Assembly (NCBI GenBank): GCA_964453865.1
Contig: CAYVPT010000001.1
Span: 1 to 26,437 of the forward strand
Direction of reading: 5' to 3'
Length of the DNA stretch: 26,437 bases
Origin: an uncultured Dehalococcoidaceae bacterium
GTDB taxonomy: Bacteria; Chloroflexota; Dehalococcoidia; Dehalococcoidales; RBG-16-60-22
The notes beneath the pieces are model-generated. The model worked only from the letters and a program-made list of their open reading frames with translations. It ran no database searches and had not been told where the DNA came from. This document shows, one piece after another, positions 23,382 through 26,437 of the stretch (position 1 is the first letter of the stretch; each line of letters begins with the position of its first letter). Position numbers and translations under genes: made by a program.

Positions 23382-24392
23382 ATGAAAGACGCCTATGCTA
23401 AAGCCGGTGTGGACATCAGCGCTAAGGATAAAGCCGTAGCTCGAATCAGTAGATTAGCCAAGTCCACGCTTCGTCCCGAAGTCCTGAGCGGCGTGGGATT
23501 CTTCGGCGGGTTGTATGAGTTCAAAGGTTATAAAAACCCGCTGCTGGTATCCAGTATCGACCAGGTAGGAACCAAAACAAAAATCACCTTTGCCCTGGAG
23601 AAGTATGACACCGTCGGCATCGACATCGTAAGCCACTGCGTAAACGATATTTTTACCTGTGGCGCCGAACCGCTTTTCTTTCTGGACTATATAGGACTCG
23701 GAAAGATGATTCCCGATAAGGTGGAGGCCATCGTCGAAGGACTGGCCAGGGCATGTCGCGAGGTGGGCTGCGCACTGATAGGGGGTGAAACGGGTGAGAT
23801 GGCCGGGCTTTATGCCACCATCGATGATTATGACCTGGTGGGATTCGTTATCGGGGTGGTGGAAAAAGATAAATATATCATGGGAAACGCGATTTCCGCC
23901 GGCGATGCCGTCCTCGGGCTGCCTTCCAACGGACTGCACACCAACGGCTACTCTCTGGCGCGAAAAATCTTCGGCGAGACCAGAGAAGCCTTGTTGAAAA
24001 GCTACCCCGAACTGGGCGGGACTGTCGGCGGAGCACTCCTGAAACCGCACACCTGCTATTATAACCAGCTTAAGCCTCTGCTGCCATTGATAAAAGGCAT
24101 GGCGCATATCACCGGCGGTGGCTTGATCGATAACGTGCCCCGTGTCATTCCCGAGGGCTTGGCGGTGCGTTTCGACAGTAGGAGATGGCCGGTGCCGCCG
24201 ATTTTCCCGCTAATGCAGCGGCTGGGAAAGGTCGACCGCGACGAGATGTACCACGTGTTCAACATGGGCATCGGCATGGTCATTGTTACCGCCCAGGAGA
24301 ACGTAAGTAAAATGACGCAGCAGTTACCCGAGATAATGGTCATCGGGGAAGTGGTCAGGCAGGAGGAGGAGAAGAGAGTAGCTATCGATTAA
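23382..24392 (+). CDS. purM: Phosphoribosylformylglycinamidine cyclo-ligase (AIR synthetase)
   Basis: YAKAGVD, VGTK, CVNDI..GAEPLFFLDY, SNGLHTNGYSL, AHITGGG and FNMGIG motifs, with a GGAGGTGA RBS. Confidence 0.95.
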   Translation: MKDAYAKAGVDISAKDKAVARISRLAKSTLRPEVLSGVGFFGGLYEFKGYKNPLLVSSIDQVGTKTKITFALEKYDTVGIDIVSHCVNDIFTCGAEPLFFLDYIGLGKMIPDKVEAIVEGLARACREVGCALIGGETGEMAGLYATIDDYDLVGFVIGVVEKDKYIMGNAISAGDAVLGLPSNGLHTNGYSLARKIFGETREALLKSYPELGGTVGGALLKPHTCYYNQLKPLLPLIKGMAHITGGGLIDNVPRVIPEGLAVRFDSRRWPVPPIFPLMQRLGKVDRDEMYHVFNMGIGMVIVTAQENVSKMTQQLPEIMVIGEVVRQEEEKRVAID

Positions 24393-24405
24393 GGTGGAAA
24401 GGGAT

Positions 24406-24924
24406 ATGACAAACGCTAAAAGGACCAGAATGGACCTTCTCTGGTCGATACTGTTAACTATATTGGGTATCGCCTGTTTCCCGGTAAATCCTCTTGTCCT
24501 GACGGGTGCTATCGAAGTGAAACAATACCTGCCGCTGGAAATCATCGCCTGGGTGGTACTGGCGTTCAGTCTGGTACTGGTCTTTGCACCGATGTTTATG
24601 TTTCCACGGCGGGGCGGGATTGTGAAAGGGAAATCATGGGTCAATACCACTAAGCTGGTGGACACGGGCATATACGCCATTGTCCGGCACCCGCAATACG
24701 CCGGCGGTATCTACGCAATTTTCCTGACCAATTTTCTGTTGTATCCGCACTGGCTGTTCGCTGTGCTCGGTGTCGTCGGCACTGTGGTTGTCTACCTGGG
24801 ATGTGTGGAGGAAGACAAGTTCCTTATCAAGAAGTTCGGCGAAGACTATAAAGCCTATATGCAGAGAGTGCCCAGAACAAATTTCTGGCCGGGAATAATA
24901 AGGCTAGCGTTACGTAGAAAATAA
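24406..24924 (+). CDS. Isoprenylcysteine carboxylmethyltransferase / PEMT-like membrane methyltransferase family protein
   Basis: LVDTGIYAIVRHPQY, EEDKFLIKKFGEDYKAYMQRVPR and several hydrophobic segments. Confidence 0.85.
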   Translation: MTNAKRTRMDLLWSILLTILGIACFPVNPLVLTGAIEVKQYLPLEIIAWVVLAFSLVLVFAPMFMFPRRGGIVKGKSWVNTTKLVDTGIYAIVRHPQYAGGIYAIFLTNFLLYPHWLFAVLGVVGTVVVYLGCVEEDKFLIKKFGEDYKAYMQRVPRTNFWPGIIRLALRRK

Positions 24925-24939
24925 ACGAAGGAGTCTTTC

Positions 24940-26437
24940 ATGAGAGCTATCGTCAGCGTATCGGATAAAACGGGGGTGGTGGATTTTGCTCGGGGACTGG
25001 TCAAGCTGGGCTACGAGATATTCAGCACCGGCAACACCAGGAAAGCCATCGGTGAGGGTGGGGTGGCGGTTAGAAGCGTCTCGGATATCACCGGCTTCCC
25101 GGAAATACTCGACGGACGTGTCAAGACCCTGCACCCGATGGTCCACGGCGGCATACTGGCACGCCGCGACCTCCCCGCCCACCTGAAAGAGCTATCAGAA
25201 AAGAAAATCGAAAAAATCGACCTGGTGGCGGTCAATCTCTATCCCTTCGTGCAAACGGTAGCCAGAGAAGGCGTTTCATTGGAAGATGCGCTGGAGAATA
25301 TCGACATCGGCGGGCCGACCATGATTCGCGCCTCCGCCAAGAACTTCCCCGGCGTCATCGTCGTCGTCGACCCCAAAGACTATCCTGTTATTTTAGAGAA
25401 ATTACAGAAGGGCGACATGCCTCTGGAAGAACGGAAACGGCTGGCGCAGAAAGCCTTTCAGCATACAGCCATTTACGATACGGCCATCGCGCAGTACCTG
25501 AGACAGGGCGAGGCGGGTATGCCCGAAGAAATCACCGTGGCCATGAAGAAACGCTACGCCTTGCGCTACGGCGAGAACCCGCACCAGACGGCGGCTTTTT
25601 ATGCGGAGCAGGCGGTGGGGGCAAAGCAGAACACCGGCATCACCTGGGCGGAACAGCTGGGAGGCAAGGAACTCTCCTTCAACAACATACTCGATGCCGA
25701 CGCCGCCTGGGGAGCGGCCGTCGATTTTACGGCGCCGACCGTCTCCGTCATCAAGCACACCAATCCCTGCGGGCTGGCCAGCCATGAAGACATCGCCGAG
25801 GCTTACAAACGCGCCTTCAGCGGCGATGAAGTGGCGGCCTACGGAGGTATTGTCGCCGCCAACCGGCCGGTCACTTTAGCCATGGCCGAAGCCATGAGGC
25901 CGGTCTTCTATGAAATCGTTATCGCCCCCGGCTACGAGCCGGAAGCTTTAAAGCTGTTGAAAGAGAAGAAGAAAGACCTGCGTATTTTAGAAGCGGAGCT
26001 ACCGCCCGGCTACGGTAAAGAGGAATGTGGGTATATCGACTACCGGCGGGTAAAGGGGGGCTTCCTGGTACAGGACTCGGACTCGGTGCCGGAGAAGCAG
26101 GTCGATATGAAGGTAGTCACCAAACGCGCCCCCACGGTCAAAGAGAAAAAGGACCTGCTCTTTGCCTGGCGTGCCTGCAAGCACGTGAAGTCCAACGCCA
26201 TCATGCTGGTGAAAGACAAAATGGTGACGGGGATGGGGGCGGGACAGCCCAGCCGTATTATCAGCGCGCAGATTGCCGGGGAGAAGGCAGGGGAGAAAGC
26301 CAAAGGCAGCGTCCTGGCTTCCGACGCCATGTTTCCGTTCAACGATGTCGTGGAGCACGCCGCCAAACTGGGCGTGACGGCTATCATCCAGCCCGGCGGC
26401 TCGATACGCGACCAGGAGTCGATAGACGCCGCCGATA
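24940..26437 (+). CDS. purH: Bifunctional AICAR transformylase / IMP cyclohydrolase, running off the window end
   Basis: Manual translation from ATG 24940 gives MRAIVSVSDKTG..GRVKTLHP..ENIDIGGPTMIRASAKN..LRYGENPHQ..KHTNPCG..KSNAI..SDAMFPF..IQPGGSIRD, with no stop before the end. Confidence 0.97.
   Translation, partial: MRAIVSVSDKTGVVDFARGLVKLGYEIFSTGNTRKAIGEGGVAVRSVSDITGFPEILDGRVKTLHPMVHGGILARRDLPAHLKELSEKKIEKIDLVAVNLYPFVQTVAREGVSLEDALENIDIGGPTMIRASAKNFPGVIVVVDPKDYPVILEKLQKGDMPLEERKRLAQKAFQHTAIYDTAIAQYLRQGEAGMPEEITVAMKKRYALRYGENPHQTAAFYAEQAVGAKQNTGITWAEQLGGKELSFNNILDADAAWGAAVDFTAPTVSVIKHTNPCGLASHEDIAEAYKRAFSGDEVAAYGGIVAANRPVTLAMAEAMRPVFYEIVIAPGYEPEALKLLKEKKKDLRILEAELPPGYGKEECGYIDYRRVKGGFLVQDSDSVPEKQVDMKVVTKRAPTVKEKKDLLFAWRACKHVKSNAIMLVKDKMVTGMGAGQPSRIISAQIAGEKAGEKAKGSVLASDAMFPFNDVVEHAAKLGVTAIIQPGGSIRDQESIDAAD

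Overview
Chromosomal window of about 26.4 kb. Protein families and sequence style point to a Dehalococcoidia (Chloroflexota) bacterium, which is an inference. Housekeeping genes are efp-epmA, dnaN, moaA-moaC, rdgB, fbp (class V FBP aldolase/phosphatase), cobO, plsY, tRNA-Leu(TAA), tRNA-Cys(GCA), purM and a partial purH. Accessory genes are interleaved among them: a minus-strand cluster of two double-cupin proteins, a divergent LDH/MDH-fold enzyme and an Fe-S old-yellow-enzyme; a RelE-type toxin-antitoxin pair; a flavoprotein pair; a serine hydrolase; an MBL-fold hydrolase; a broken AraC gene; and GAF, DinB and DUF6504-like genes. The most striking non-coding signals are three. (1) A ~50-70 bp G-rich dispersed repeat occurs six times, always on the + strand, and brackets accessory genes like cassettes. 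(2) The 3' end of dnaN is duplicated as a direct repeat around a 1.57 kb integrase-less islet, which is the pattern of an att site. (3) Modular REP-like palindromes occur with swappable inner modules. Several genes carry lesions: moaA lacks the third radical-SAM Cys, and araC has an ACG start and a +1 frameshift. No transposase, integrase or CRISPR array is visible.
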